DNA of 64,000 nucleotides from Dehalococcoidia bacterium. GTDB lineage: Bacteria > Chloroflexota > Dehalococcoidia > Bin125. Below are positions 1 to 10,912 of the stretch, one piece after another. The notes under the pieces were generated by a model. It did not search any database. It saw only the letters and a list, made by a program, of their open reading frames with translations, and had not been told where the DNA came from. The position numbers and the translations under genes were made by a program. How positions within the stretch are numbered: the stretch's first letter is position 1; the number at the start of each line of letters is the position of its first letter. Where the stretch lies: the NCBI GenBank assembly GCA_963662615.2, contig CAXXSR010000001.1:864001-928000 (forward strand), read 5' to 3'.

Positions 1-2136
1 GACGATCGCCCCTTAGCGGAGCGGGCGCTGGCGGTGCTGGCGGCGGGCCGTCGCCACGAAGAGCTGTTCGGCGCTTTTGAGGAGCGGCCGGAGCAGGTGG
101 GCATGACGCGCGCCGTGGCCAGGGCCATGGCGGAGGGCCGCCATCTCGTGGTGGAGGCGGGGACCGGGACGGGCAAGTCGCTGGCCTATCTGATCCCGGC
201 GGCGTTGCAGGCGCTGGAGAGCGGCCGTCGCGTCGTCGTCAGCACCAACACGATCAATCTCCAAGAGCAGCTCGTGGGCAAGGACGTCCCGGCGCTGCGG
301 GCGTTGCTGCGCGACGTGGTGGGGGAGGAGGCGGCGGACGCGCTGAGGGTGTCGCCGCTCAAGGGGCGGCGCAACTACCTCTGCCTGCGGCGGCTGGCGC
401 ACGAGCGCGCCGGCGGCGGCCAGGCGGGCGTGGACGCGCGGCTGCTGGGGCGCATCTTGGTTTGGCTGCGGGAGACCGAGAGCGGCGACCGCACGGAGCT
501 GCGCTTGAGCCCGGAGGAGGAGGCGGCCTGGCCGCACTACAGCGCCGAGGGCGAGGACTGCCTGTCCAGTCGCAGCAATCCCTACGTGCGCGACGGCAGC
601 TGCTTTCTCCTGCGCGCCCGCAAAGCGGCGGAGGCGGCGCACATCGTCATCGTCAACCACGCCCTACTGCTGAGCGATCTCGCGGCCGGGGGCAGCGTCC
701 TGCCGGCAAGCGATACGACGGTCATTGACGAGGCGCATCATTTGGAAGAGTCGGCCACGCAGCACCTCGGCGCGGCGGTGAGCCTGGCCTCGTTCAGCGA
801 ACTGCTCGACCGCGTGCAGCGCCCGGGACCGCGGGGGCGCGACGCCGGCATCGTGGCCGCCGTGGCGGCAGGCCCGGCCCCCGACGGTGGCGTCGATGCG
901 TCGGCGCAGGCGGAGCTGCTGCGGTTAACGGGGCCGCTGCCCGCCGCCGTCGCCGCCGCCCGCGAGGCGCTGCTGGCGCTGTTCACGGGGCTGCGTCGCT
1001 TCACGGACGACAGCGCCGAAGATCGGTTCGCCGGCGAGCAGCGGCTGCGGCTGACCCCGGCGCAACGGGCGCAGCCGGACTGGAGCGGCGTGGAGATTCA
1101 GTGGGAGACGGCGTTCGCGCGGCTGCGCGAGGTTGAGGCCAACGTGGCGGAGCTACAGGAAGGGTTGGAAGAGTCCGACACCGAAGCGCATGAATCGCTG
1201 GCCGGCGATTGCGGCTCGTTCCGGGAGGCGCTGGCCGAGCGCACGGAGCTGTGCGGCGACCTGCTGACGCAGAACGACGCGGACACGATCGTCTGGCTCC
1301 GCACCCTCAGGCGCTCCGACGTCGCCACCGTACAGGCCGCGCCGCTGCGAGTGGACGCGCTGCTCTCCGAAGGCCTGTTCGACGCCAAGCGCAGCGTGGT
1401 CCTCACGGGCGCCACGCTGGCCGTCGCGGGCAGATTCGACTACCTGCGCGAGCGCGTGGGCGCGGCGGAGAGCGACGAGGAGCGGTTCGGCTCGCCCTTC
1501 GACTTCCGTCGCGCCGTGCGCCTGCTCCTGCCCACGGACATGCCGGCGCCGTCGGAGCGCGGCTATCAAGAATCGATGGAGGAGACGCTGGTGGAGCTGG
1601 TGCAGGCCAGTGACGGTCGCGCGCTGGTCCTGTTCACGTCGCACGGGGCGTTGCGCGCGACCGCCAACGGCATCCGGGGCCCGCTGGAGCAGGCCGGCAT
1701 CCTGGTGCTGGCGCAAGGGCCGGACGGATCGCCCGGCCGCGTCATTGCGGCGCTGCAGGAGAACCCCCGGGCGGTGGTGCTGGGGACGGCGTCGTTGTGG
1801 GAGGGCGTGGATATGCCGGGCCCCACGGTGTCGCTGCTGGTCATTGCGCGGCTGCCGTTCGCCGTGCCCAGCGACCCCGTCTACGCCGCGCGCGCGGAGC
1901 TGTACGACGAGCCCTTCATGCAGTACGCGGTGCCCCAGGCGATCGTGCGATTCCGCCAGGGCTTCGGCCGCCTGATCCGGCGGCGCGACGATCGCGGCGT
2001 GGTGGCGGTGCTGGACGGCCGCATCACCAGCAAGGGCTACGGGGGCGCCTTCGTGCGGTCGCTGCCGCCGGTGGCGATCGCGCGGCTGGCGCTGCACGAG
2101 TTCGGCGCGGCGACGGCGGAGTGGCTGCAGCGGTGA
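1..2136 (+). CDS. dinG: DinG/YoaA-family ATP-dependent helicase, 5' end outside window
   Basis: EAGTGTGKS Walker A, KGRRNYLC, IDEAHHL, SLWEGVD and QGFGRLIR motifs; frame open from base 1. Confidence 0.92.
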   Translation, partial: DDRPLAERALAVLAAGRRHEELFGAFEERPEQVGMTRAVARAMAEGRHLVVEAGTGTGKSLAYLIPAALQALESGRRVVVSTNTINLQEQLVGKDVPALRALLRDVVGEEAADALRVSPLKGRRNYLCLRRLAHERAGGGQAGVDARLLGRILVWLRETESGDRTELRLSPEEEAAWPHYSAEGEDCLSSRSNPYVRDGSCFLLRARKAAEAAHIVIVNHALLLSDLAAGGSVLPASDTTVIDEAHHLEESATQHLGAAVSLASFSELLDRVQRPGPRGRDAGIVAAVAAGPAPDGGVDASAQAELLRLTGPLPAAVAAAREALLALFTGLRRFTDDSAEDRFAGEQRLRLTPAQRAQPDWSGVEIQWETAFARLREVEANVAELQEGLEESDTEAHESLAGDCGSFREALAERTELCGDLLTQNDADTIVWLRTLRRSDVATVQAAPLRVDALLSEGLFDAKRSVVLTGATLAVAGRFDYLRERVGAAESDEERFGSPFDFRRAVRLLLPTDMPAPSERGYQESMEETLVELVQASDGRALVLFTSHGALRATANGIRGPLEQAGILVLAQGPDGSPGRVIAALQENPRAVVLGTASLWEGVDMPGPTVSLLVIARLPFAVPSDPVYAARAELYDEPFMQYAVPQAIVRFRQGFGRLIRRRDDRGVVAVLDGRITSKGYGGAFVRSLPPVAIARLALHEFGAATAEWLQR

Positions 2137-2624
2137 CCGCGGGCGCCGGTCCCGGCTGGCCGGCGCTGCTGCGCTCGCGTCGGGTCACGCTGCGGGCGTT
2201 GCGGTCGGCGGAGCCGGCGCCGGACTGGCTGCCGGAGGCGGAGCGGGCCGTCCTGGGAGCGCCGCCGGGCTGCCGCCTGCGCGACCGCATTGACGCCGGT
2301 GACGCCGTCTACTGGATCCGTATGCCCGGCCAGCGTGGCGCGGCCGCCATTGGCGCTCTGGCCGCGCGCGAAGAGAGCGGGGCGCTGCTCTGGACCTGGC
2401 TGGCGGTGGGGGCGGAGCGGCGCCACTTCGGCTACGGCGGCGCGGCCGTGCCGCTGCTGGAACGGGCGGCCCATCGCGCGGGGATGCGCCGGGGGCGCGT
2501 GCTGGTGGCGGCGCGCAACGGGGTCGCGCTCTACTTCTGGCTTCGGCTGGGCTACCGGCCCCGTCCCGATGCTCGTTGGCCCAAGCCGTGCGCGGGCACC
2601 TGGATGGAGCGCGAGCAGCTCTGA
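2133..2624 (+). CDS. GNAT-family N-acetyltransferase
   Basis: GTGA overlap with dinG stop; V..ERRHFGYG acetyl-CoA motif and FWLRLGY. Confidence 0.7.
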   Translation: MTAGAGPGWPALLRSRRVTLRALRSAEPAPDWLPEAERAVLGAPPGCRLRDRIDAGDAVYWIRMPGQRGAAAIGALAAREESGALLWTWLAVGAERRHFGYGGAAVPLLERAAHRAGMRRGRVLVAARNGVALYFWLRLGYRPRPDARWPKPCAGTWMEREQL

Positions 2625-2640
2625 CCGGCGGCGCTGTGGC

Positions 2641-2964
2641 TCAGGTTTCGTCGTCGCCGGGGTCGTATTCGGCGTCGGTATCACCCCGCAGCTGCGCCCG
2701 CCGTCGCTCGCGCAGGCGGCCGGTGAGAAGCCGCGAGAGCCCCATGCCCATGCCCAAGGCGCCGGCCAAGAACGCCACGGCGCCGACAGTCTCCGAGAAG
2801 GCGAGGAGAGCGCCGAGCCAGAGTCCGACCGAGAAGGCGAGGACGATGCCCACCGTGGGTCGCCACCACGGGCGCAACTCCAGGCCCGGGGCCGCGCGGC
2901 GCAGCGCCCCCTGGGGCCCGCGACGGGAGCGGGGTCGGCGGCGGCGGCGACGCTGTCTTGGCAT
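2641..2964 (-). CDS. small membrane protein (2 TM), hypothetical
   Basis: Two hydrophobic segments; RBS-like sequence upstream; co-oriented with cca. Confidence 0.6.
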   Translation of the reverse strand: MPRQRRRRRRPRSRRGPQGALRRAAPGLELRPWWRPTVGIVLAFSVGLWLGALLAFSETVGAVAFLAGALGMGMGLSRLLTGRLRERRRAQLRGDTDAEYDPGDDET

Positions 2965-2982
2965 GGCTCCCTTAGGGCTGTC

Positions 2983-4332
2983 TTAACGCGGTGCGGGCCG
3001 CGTGCTCTGTCCTTGCCGGCGTCGTGCCCGGGAAGGAGGGGGTGCGCCGCGTCGCGATTCTACCCAAGCGGCAGCAGGTGCGGCAGCGGCGGGGCCGGGG
3101 GGGAGGTCAGCGTCGATGCGGGCGTCGCGGAGGCGCTCCAGCCAGGCGCCGAGGGCGGGACCGGCGGGCACGCCCAAGCGTCGCAGCGCGGCCGCGCTCA
3201 GCGGCGGCTCCACCAGGCTCCAGTCGTTCAGGTAGGCGTCAATGCGCGTGGCCGCGCGGCCGGGCCAGAGCGCACGCGCAGCCAGCAGGGACGCCGGCGG
3301 CAGCGGTCGCAGGCTCTGGGCGAGGGCGCTGGGCCGGGACGCGGGGCGGACCAGGGCCCGGCGCAGGTGGCGGAGTTGGAGGGCGCCCTCCAGCGCCGCG
3401 CGCTCGTCCCGCTGCAGGTCGCAGCGCCGCGCCAATTGCGCCGCGATGCGGGCCCGGCTCTCCGCCTCACCGGCAAGGGTCAGGCCCACGAGCGCCCAGA
3501 ACGCGGGCGCGGCGGGCGGCTGGTTCCCGGTATCGCCGCGGGCGTCGAAGGCGCGCAGCAGGCGCGGCGGCAGGGTCCAATCGGGCTGCCACGTGTCCGG
3601 CAGGCGCAGGCGCTGGGCCCGGGCCAGGGCGTTGGTTTCGGTGGCGCCGGCGGCGTCCTGGAGGAGCAGTCGCCAAGCGGCGCCGAAGCGGGGCGCCGTG
3701 AGCGTGCGCAGGTAGTGACGATCGCGGCGCGCAGCCGCCAGCGTGGCGGGAGTCAAGCGCCCGCCGATGCGGGCCGCGTAACGACAGGCGCGGATCAGGC
3801 GGGTGGGGTCGTCGCGGAAGGAGGCGTCGTGAAGGATGCGCACGCGCCCGGCGGCGAGGTCGTCGCGGCCGTTGCAAGGGTCGAGGAGGGCGCCCGCGCT
3901 GGGGCCCGTAAGGGCGAGCGCGATGGCGTTGATGCTGAAATCGCGCCGGTGCAGGTCCTCGGCGATGGGCGCCGGCTCCACCAGGGGCAGGGCGCCGGGA
4001 CGGGGATAGCGCTCGCGACGGCTGCGGGCCAGGTCCAGGGCGCCGTCCTGGAGCCGCAGGGCGGCCGTGCCGAAGCGGTCGTGCGGGGCCAGCGTCGCGC
4101 CGGTCGTCGCCGCGACGGCTCGTGCCAGCCCCAGCGCGTCGCCCTCAACGGCCAAGTCCAAGTCCGGCAGGCGCGCGGGGGCGCCGGGGCGCAGGAGATC
4201 GCGGACGGCGCCGCCGACGAGGTAGAGCGGCGTATCGGTGCGGACGGCCTCACGGCGGCAGGCGCGCAGGAGCCGGCGCGCGCTGGGGCTGAGGCGCAGG
4301 AGCAGCTGCTTGACCAGGTCGTCTGTTTTCAT
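2983..4332 (-). CDS. cca: CCA tRNA nucleotidyltransferase / poly(A) polymerase family
   Basis: LVGGAVRDLL, DLDLAV, RRDFSINA, DDPTRLIR motifs. Confidence 0.9.
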   Translation of the reverse strand: MKTDDLVKQLLLRLSPSARRLLRACRREAVRTDTPLYLVGGAVRDLLRPGAPARLPDLDLAVEGDALGLARAVAATTGATLAPHDRFGTAALRLQDGALDLARSRRERYPRPGALPLVEPAPIAEDLHRRDFSINAIALALTGPSAGALLDPCNGRDDLAAGRVRILHDASFRDDPTRLIRACRYAARIGGRLTPATLAAARRDRHYLRTLTAPRFGAAWRLLLQDAAGATETNALARAQRLRLPDTWQPDWTLPPRLLRAFDARGDTGNQPPAAPAFWALVGLTLAGEAESRARIAAQLARRCDLQRDERAALEGALQLRHLRRALVRPASRPSALAQSLRPLPPASLLAARALWPGRAATRIDAYLNDWSLVEPPLSAAALRRLGVPAGPALGAWLERLRDARIDADLPPGPAAAAPAAAWVESRRGAPPPSRARRRQGQSTRPAPR

Positions 4333-4447
4333 AAGATGGTGGCCGGGGTGAGCGGCCCCAGGGCTAAACTGTGCATGTGTCTAAGCGGCTACCTTGTTTG
4401 ACTGCCAGAGAGCGCCGGCCGATGGCGTCGCCGGGGACGCCGTGCCT

Positions 4448-5206
4448 GTGAGCGCCGCCGCCCGGCCCCTTCGCGGCGGTGTTCGCGGTGGTGTTCGCGG
4501 TGGTGGTGGCCGCCTGGACGCGCTGGCCCGGCGCTTGGGGCATCGCTTTCAGGATCCCACCCTCCTTCGTCGGGCCATGATCCACCGTTCCTACCTCAAT
4601 GAGAACCCGGACGAAGGGGTGGAGTCGAACGAGCGGCTGGAATTCTTGGGGGACGCGGTCTTGGGATCGGTGGTCTCGCGACGGCTCTACCATGACTATC
4701 CCCACGCGGCCGAGGGCTGGCTGACGGAGGTCCGCTCGCGACTGGTGCGCAACGAGACGCTGGCGCTGCTGGCGCTGGACTACGAGCTGGGCCGCTACCT
4801 GGTGCTGGGCAAGGGTGTGGAGGCGCAGGGCGGACGGGAGCGCCCGGCCATCCTGGGCCGCGCCTTCGAAGCCGTGATCGGCGCGATCCACCTCGATGGG
4901 GGGGTGCGGGCGGCGCGGCGCTTCATCCTGCAGGCGCTGGCCGCGGAGCTGGGGACGATCGCCGTGGCCGGCCTGGAGCGCGACCCCAAGAGCCTCCTGC
5001 AGCAGGCCTGTCAGGCGCACTGGCGGACCGTGCCGAACTATCGCACCGTGGAGGAGCGAGGCCCCGCGCACGACCGCGACTTTCGCGTGGAGGTGCGCTT
5101 GGACGGCAAGGTGATGGGCAGCGGCGAGGGCAAAAGCAAGCAGGCGGCGCAGCAAGCGGCGGCGGAGGCGGCGCTGCGCGCGTTGCCGGTGGAGGCGCTG
5201 GCCTGA
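4448..5206 (+). CDS. rnc: ribonuclease III (start uncertain)
   Basis: NERLEFLGDAVL signature; C-terminal dsRBD (GPAHDRDF, GKSKQAAQQ). Confidence 0.95.
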   Translation: MSAAARPLRGGVRGGVRGGGGRLDALARRLGHRFQDPTLLRRAMIHRSYLNENPDEGVESNERLEFLGDAVLGSVVSRRLYHDYPHAAEGWLTEVRSRLVRNETLALLALDYELGRYLVLGKGVEAQGGRERPAILGRAFEAVIGAIHLDGGVRAARRFILQALAAELGTIAVAGLERDPKSLLQQACQAHWRTVPNYRTVEERGPAHDRDFRVEVRLDGKVMGSGEGKSKQAAQQAAAEAALRALPVEALA

Positions 5207-5271
5207 GACGCGGAGGGCGGGCGCCGGCCTGCTGGGGCTGCTAGGGCGAGCCGCCGGTATAGTGGGCGATC

Positions 5272-8200
5272 ATGCACTTCAAACGGTTGGAGATTCAGGG
5301 CTACAAGGCGTTCGCGACGCGAACGGTCTTCGACATTGACCCCGGCATCACGGCGGTCGTGGGCCCCAACGGCTCCGGCAAATCCAACATCATGGACGCC
5401 CTGCGCTGGGTGATGGGCGAGACCGCTAACCGGCACATGCGCGCGAACCGACTGGAGGAGGTCATCTTCACCGGCTCCCAGCAGCGCGCGCCCACCGGCA
5501 TGGCGGAGGTGCGGGTGGTCCTGAACAACGACGACGGCTGGCTGCCGCTCGACCCGGGCGAGGTGAGCGTGACCCGGCGTGTGCATCGCAGCGGCGACTC
5601 CGAGTTCCTGATCAACGACAAGCCGGTGCGCCTGCGCGAGATCCAGCAACTGTTCAGCCGGGGCGGCTTGGGTGCAGGCTCCTACGCCTTGATGGGTCAA
5701 GGACTCGTGGAGGAGGTGCTGCGCCTGAAGCCGGAGGAGCGACGCGGGCTGATTGAGGAGGTTGCCGACGTACGCCGGCATCGACGGCAGATGGAGGAGG
5801 CGCGGCGGCGGCGGCAGGAGTCGCACGAGAACTTGGAACGGGTGCGGCTGCTGGTGGAGGAGATTGAGCCGCGCCGGCGCACGCTGGAACGGCAGGCCAA
5901 GCGGGCGCTCCAGCACGCCGACCTGACGGCTGAGCTGCGCGCGGCCCTGCGCCGCTTTTACGGACAGGAAGGGCGCCGCCTGCAGGCCGAGCTGGCCGCG
6001 CGGGCGGGCGCCCGCGGGGAGCGTCGGGTCGCGCGGGACCGCGTGGCGCAGGAGGTCGCGGACGCGGAGGCGGCGCTGGCCGCCTGGAACAGCGCCATCA
6101 GTGAAGCGCGCGCCGTCCAGGAGCGAGCGGAGGAAGAGCGGCGGCGGCGGGGCGCGCGCCTGCGCGAGCTGGAGCACGAGCGGGCCCTGGCCCGGCAGGG
6201 GGACGAGTTGCTGCAGCGGCGCCTGGAGGAGCTGCGGTCGGACGTGGCCGCCCTGACGGAGGAGGCGGAGAGCGCCGGCGCGCCGGCGGCGCCGGATCCG
6301 GGCGATGTGGACGTCGCGGCGCGCGATCAGGCGCTGGCGACCGCGCGCGACGCGCATCAGCGGGCACAGGCGGCGCTGGACGCCATCGATGGGGAGCAGG
6401 CCGCGCTCCGCCGCCGCAAGGCGGAGGCGGACGAGCGGCTGCGCCGGCTCGCCGTCGTGGCGGCGGAGGAGGAGCAGCGGCTCAAGGCCGTGGAGGACGA
6501 GCGCAGCGCTCTCAGCACGGCGGCGAACGAGCGGGCGGAGCGCATGACGCCGCTGCGGCGGCGTCTGGAGGCGGCGGCCGTCGCCGCCGGCGAGGCGGCG
6601 GCGCGCCTGGCCGCCAGCGGACCCGACGCCAACGCCGCCGGCGAAAGGCGCGACGAGCTGGCGCAGCGCCTCTACGGGGCCGGGGCGCGTCTGCGGGAGC
6701 TGGAGGCCGGCCGCGCCGAGCGCGACCGTCGCCTCACGCGCGCCCGCGACCGCTTGCAGATGCTGAAGGAGCTACAGGCGGAAAGTGAAGGGATGCAGCA
6801 AGGCTTACGCGCCCTCTTCGGGAGCCGCGGCGTCCCTCACGCCGGCGAGCCCACGGGCATCCCCGGCGTGGTGGGGGTCATCCGCCATCTCGTGCGGGCG
6901 CCACGGGGGCTGGAGCAGGCCATTGAGGCCGCCTTGCAGGACTACTTGGACGCCGTGATCTTTGAGTCCGCGACCGACGCTGTGGGCACCATTGAGGCGT
7001 TGATCGCCGAACGGGCGGGCCGTTTGGTGGCCCTGCCGCTGGACGAAATACGGCCGCGCAGTCCCCTGGTCCTGCCGCCCGAGCGGCACGTGATCGGCGT
7101 CGCCGCCCGGCTGGTGAAGTGTCACAGCCGCTATCGCGATCTGGTCAATACGCTGCTGGGCCGCACCATCGTGGTGGAGGACATCGACACGGCCCGGGCG
7201 CTGCTCAAGCGCGGGCTGGGCGCGGTGGTCACCCGCGACGGCCACCTGCTCCGCCCCAACGGCGCCATCGCCGGCGGACGCATCGCCGAGGCGGGCGCCT
7301 TTACGCGGGAGAATGAACTGCAATCGCTGCCGGCGCAGATCGAGCAGTTGGAACGGGATCTGGCGGAGAGCGCCGCCGTGGCGGAGCCGCGCGCCGAGCT
7401 GGAACGGCTGGAGCGCGAGCTGCAAGCAGCGGAGCGGACGAGCGAGGAGACGGCGGCCGCGCGTCGGCAGGCGCAGGAGGCCGCCGCCGCCCACGAGGCC
7501 GACGCCGTGCGGATGCGAGGCGAGCTGGCCGCGTTGGAGGCGGAGGGCGAGCAGGCGGCGCGGCGCCTGCAGAGCTTGACGGCGGAGGCGGCAACGCTGG
7601 AGGCGGCCGGGGAGCGCCGCGAGAACGAGCGGGCCGAGATGGAGGCCGCAGGCCCGGACGCGGCGGTGCGCCCGGATGAGGCGGCGCCGGCCGAGCGCCG
7701 GGCGGCGCAGGCGCGCTTGGTGGGCGAGGCGGCGGTACGGCTCAGCGTCCTGGAGGGCGAGGAGGGCGCGCTGCGTGAGGCGCTGCGCGGGCGCGAGGCA
7801 GCCCTAGCGCGGCTGCGCCAGCAAGGGCAGGCGCGACGCGCGCAGCTGGAGCGGGTCGAGGCGGAGCGTGTGGAACTGGCCGCGACGCTGGCGCGGCTGC
7901 AGCGGGAGTTGGCGGCGGCGCGCGACGCCCTTGCCGCCGCTGCCGAGGAGGGCGCGGAGGAAGGGACGCTGGCGCGGCTGGCGGCGCAGGAAAAGGGCCG
8001 GCGGGAGGCGGTGGGGGGCGCGCAACGGTCGCAGATCGGGGCGGAGCGGGCCCTGGTCGTGGCGGAGGCGGCCCACGAGGAGACGGAGGGCGCCTGCGCC
8101 CGGCTGCGCGAGCAGATGCGGAGCGACGAGTTCGCCATTGACGCCGAGGGCAGGGTCGTGACCGGGGGCGGGGCGCGGGTGCCCGCCTTCATGGCCCGCG

Positions 8201-9120
8201 AGGAGCCGCCCGGCGCCGCGCCTGCGGCGGGCGGCTCGGGGGCCCTGCCGGCGGCGACGCAGTCCACGCCGACGGCGGGCGGCGGCAACGGTGGTGGTCA
8301 GGAGCCGGGTGGCCAGGAGCCGGCGTCGGGCGGGGAGGAGCCGTCGTTGGCGGAGCTGCGCGAGGGCATCGAGACGCTGCGCGGCCGCCTGCGCTGGCTG
8401 GGCGCCGTCAACCCGGACGCAGCCGGGGAGTTCCAGGAGGTGCGCGAGCGCTACGACTATCTCAGCGGCCAGATCGCCGACCTGGAGGGGGCGGAGCAGC
8501 GGCTGCTGACGGCGGAGGCCGAATTGGCGGGCCTGATTCGGGAGCGCTTCGAGAGCGCCTTCAAGGCCGTGGACGGACAGTTTCGGCACTACTTCCAGCA
8601 GATGTTCGGCGGCGGCAACGCCCGCCTGGCCCTGAGCGACGAGGGGGACTGGGAGAACAGCGGCGTGGAGATCGCGGCGCAGCCGCCGGGCAAGCGGCTG
8701 GACAACCTGAGCATGCTCTCGGGCGGCGAGCGCTCGCTCACGGCGATCGCCCTGCTCTTCGCCATGCTGACCGTCAAGCCGGCGCCGTTCTGCGTGCTGG
8801 ACGAGGTCGACGCGGCGCTGGACGAGGTCAACGTGGGCCGCTTCGTGGGGGCGCTGCAGGCGCTGGCCGCGCGCACGCAGTTCGTCATCATCACCCACAA
8901 CCGCCGCACCATTGAGCAGGCCGACTCCATCTACGGCATCACCATGGGCGACGATTCGGTGAGCCGGGTGCTGTCGGTGCGCCTGGCCGACTTCGACGTG
9001 GAGGCCGACTCCGACAGGGAGGGCGACTCCGACAGGGAGGGCGGCCGCGACGTGGAGGGCGACCGCGACGTGGAGGGCGGCCGCGACGTGGAGGGCGAGC
9101 CGGCGGCGCCCGCGCGCTAG
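5272..9120 (+). CDS. smc: chromosome segregation protein SMC
   Basis: GPNGSGKSN, hinge with GAIAGG, LSGGE, LDEVDAALD; rnc-smc-ftsY synteny. Confidence 0.96.
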   Translation: MHFKRLEIQGYKAFATRTVFDIDPGITAVVGPNGSGKSNIMDALRWVMGETANRHMRANRLEEVIFTGSQQRAPTGMAEVRVVLNNDDGWLPLDPGEVSVTRRVHRSGDSEFLINDKPVRLREIQQLFSRGGLGAGSYALMGQGLVEEVLRLKPEERRGLIEEVADVRRHRRQMEEARRRRQESHENLERVRLLVEEIEPRRRTLERQAKRALQHADLTAELRAALRRFYGQEGRRLQAELAARAGARGERRVARDRVAQEVADAEAALAAWNSAISEARAVQERAEEERRRRGARLRELEHERALARQGDELLQRRLEELRSDVAALTEEAESAGAPAAPDPGDVDVAARDQALATARDAHQRAQAALDAIDGEQAALRRRKAEADERLRRLAVVAAEEEQRLKAVEDERSALSTAANERAERMTPLRRRLEAAAVAAGEAAARLAASGPDANAAGERRDELAQRLYGAGARLRELEAGRAERDRRLTRARDRLQMLKELQAESEGMQQGLRALFGSRGVPHAGEPTGIPGVVGVIRHLVRAPRGLEQAIEAALQDYLDAVIFESATDAVGTIEALIAERAGRLVALPLDEIRPRSPLVLPPERHVIGVAARLVKCHSRYRDLVNTLLGRTIVVEDIDTARALLKRGLGAVVTRDGHLLRPNGAIAGGRIAEAGAFTRENELQSLPAQIEQLERDLAESAAVAEPRAELERLERELQAAERTSEETAAARRQAQEAAAAHEADAVRMRGELAALEAEGEQAARRLQSLTAEAATLEAAGERRENERAEMEAAGPDAAVRPDEAAPAERRAAQARLVGEAAVRLSVLEGEEGALREALRGREAALARLRQQGQARRAQLERVEAERVELAATLARLQRELAAARDALAAAAEEGAEEGTLARLAAQEKGRREAVGGAQRSQIGAERALVVAEAAHEETEGACARLREQMRSDEFAIDAEGRVVTGGGARVPAFMAREEPPGAAPAAGGSGALPAATQSTPTAGGGNGGGQEPGGQEPASGGEEPSLAELREGIETLRGRLRWLGAVNPDAAGEFQEVRERYDYLSGQIADLEGAEQRLLTAEAELAGLIRERFESAFKAVDGQFRHYFQQMFGGGNARLALSDEGDWENSGVEIAAQPPGKRLDNLSMLSGGERSLTAIALLFAMLTVKPAPFCVLDEVDAALDEVNVGRFVGALQALAARTQFVIITHNRRTIEQADSIYGITMGDDSVSRVLSVRLADFDVEADSDREGDSDREGGRDVEGDRDVEGGRDVEGEPAAPAR

Positions 9121-9176
9121 CATGGGGGCGGGCCGCTCCGCGGCGGCGGCGACGACGATCGATCAACGGTGAGGCA

Positions 9177-10193
9177 ATGGTGAAGCTCTTTCGCTTCCGG
9201 GGCCGGGAGGCGGCGGCGGCCGGCGCGGTCGCCGCTTCCGGGGCCGTCGAGGCCGACGAGAAGGCCGAGCTGGCGGCGCTGCTGAGGGCGAGCACGGCCC
9301 GCACCCGCGGCGGCGTCTGGGGGCGGCTGGGAGGCGTGTTCCGCCGCGGCGCCTTGGGCGCGGAGGTTTGGGAGGAGCTGGAGGAGATCCTGATCGGCGC
9401 CGACGTGGGCGCGGGCACGGCGGCGGCGCTGATCGAGCGCGCGCGCGCTGGCGCCGGCGCGGCGGGGGTGCGCGACGGCGCCGGCCTGCGGCCGTTGCTG
9501 CGGACGGAGCTGGTGACGCTGCTGCGGCGCCCGCGCCAGCGGGGGCAGCTGTGGGGCGAGGCGCCGTTGCCGCCGCCGCCGCACGTGATCTTGGTGGTGG
9601 GGGTGAACGGCTCCGGCAAGACCACCAGCATCGCCAAGCTCGCGCACGCCTACCAGGCCGAGGGCAAGACGGTGATCCTGGGCGCCGCCGACACCTTCCG
9701 CGCCGCCGCCATCGACCAGCTGCAGGTCTGGGGCGAGCGCCTGGGGGTGCCGCTGGTGGCGCACCAGCCCGGCGGCGACCCCGGCGCCGTGGCCTACGAC
9801 ACGGTCAGCGCCGCCCAGGCGCGCGGCCTCGATGTGGCCATCATCGATACGGCCGGCCGCCTGCAGACGAAGCGGAACTTGATGGCGGAGCTGGGCAAGG
9901 TGCGCCGCGTGATCGCGGGCCGACTGGAGGGCGCGCCGCATGAGGCGCTGCTGGTGCTGGACGCCACCACGGGCCAGAACGGGCTCAGCCAGGCGCGCCT
10001 GTTCGGCGAGGCGGCGGCGGTCAGCGCCATCTGCCTGGCCAAGCTGGACGGGACCAGCAAGGGCGGGATCGTCTTCGCCATCGCCGACCGGCTGGGGGTG
10101 CCGGTGCGCTTCGTGGGCACGGGCGAGGGCGCCGGCGATCTGGCGCCGTTCGAGGCGGAGATCTTCGTGGACGCGCTGCTGGGCGATGTCTGA
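9177..10193 (+). CDS. ftsY: signal recognition particle receptor FtsY
   Basis: [30 protein letters not shown]. Confidence 0.96.
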   Translation: MVKLFRFRGREAAAAGAVAASGAVEADEKAELAALLRASTARTRGGVWGRLGGVFRRGALGAEVWEELEEILIGADVGAGTAAALIERARAGAGAAGVRDGAGLRPLLRTELVTLLRRPRQRGQLWGEAPLPPPPHVILVVGVNGSGKTTSIAKLAHAYQAEGKTVILGAADTFRAAAIDQLQVWGERLGVPLVAHQPGGDPGAVAYDTVSAAQARGLDVAIIDTAGRLQTKRNLMAELGKVRRVIAGRLEGAPHEALLVLDATTGQNGLSQARLFGEAAAVSAICLAKLDGTSKGGIVFAIADRLGVPVRFVGTGEGAGDLAPFEAEIFVDALLGDV

Positions 10194-10339
10194 GGGCGGT
10201 GCCTGAGGGCGGTACCTGAGGCCGGTGCGACGGATTTGCTCCTCCGTAGCCGCTGGGCGCCCGGCCGCGCGCTTGTTCGGCGGCGCCGGCGCTCGGTAGG
10301 ATGGGCCCGCGGCGCCGCTGCCGGGCCTGCGGAGGGCTG

Positions 10340-10912
10340 ATGGAACGCATAGGCGAGCTGTTGGCGCGGCTGCCCCGCGAGCGGGGCCAGCTGCTGCCGG
10401 CGCTGCACTTGGTCCAGGAGGAGTTGGGCTGGGTGCCGCGCGAGGCGATGCGGCTGGTGGCCCGCCACCTGCGCCTGACGGAGGCGCAGGTCTTCGGCCC
10501 CGCCAGCTACTACTCGGAGTTTCGCTTCAGCCCACCCCCACGCACGCTGGTGACCTGGTGCAGCGGCCCCTCCTGCCGCGTCCTCGGCGGCGAGCGGGTG
10601 CGTCGCATCCTGGAGGCGGAGCTGGGCTGCCGCTTGGGCGAGAACGGCCCCAACGACGGCTACGGGCTCTGGCTGGGGCAGTGCAACGGCACCTGCGAGC
10701 GGGCGCCCCAGGTCTGGGTGAACGGGCGTGTGGTGGGCCCCCTGAGCCTGGCCCAGACGGTGCGGCTGGCGCGGCGCGTGCGGGCGGGAGAGGCGGTGGC
10801 GCCGGTGGCGCCGGCTCTCGCGGAGGCGGTCACGATCCAGCCCTCGCTGCACCGGCGCGAGCCAGGCGCGGGGGCGGGCGCGGGCGCCGCAGCCGCATCG
10901 GAGCGGCCGTGA
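10340..10912 (+). CDS. NuoE/HoxE/HydC-like [2Fe-2S] subunit
   Basis: LLPALHLVQEELGW; CxxxxC (CSGPSC) and CxGxC (CNGTC) ligands; GGAGGG RBS. Confidence 0.85.
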   Translation: MERIGELLARLPRERGQLLPALHLVQEELGWVPREAMRLVARHLRLTEAQVFGPASYYSEFRFSPPPRTLVTWCSGPSCRVLGGERVRRILEAELGCRLGENGPNDGYGLWLGQCNGTCERAPQVWVNGRVVGPLSLAQTVRLARRVRAGEAVAPVAPALAEAVTIQPSLHRREPGAGAGAGAAAASERP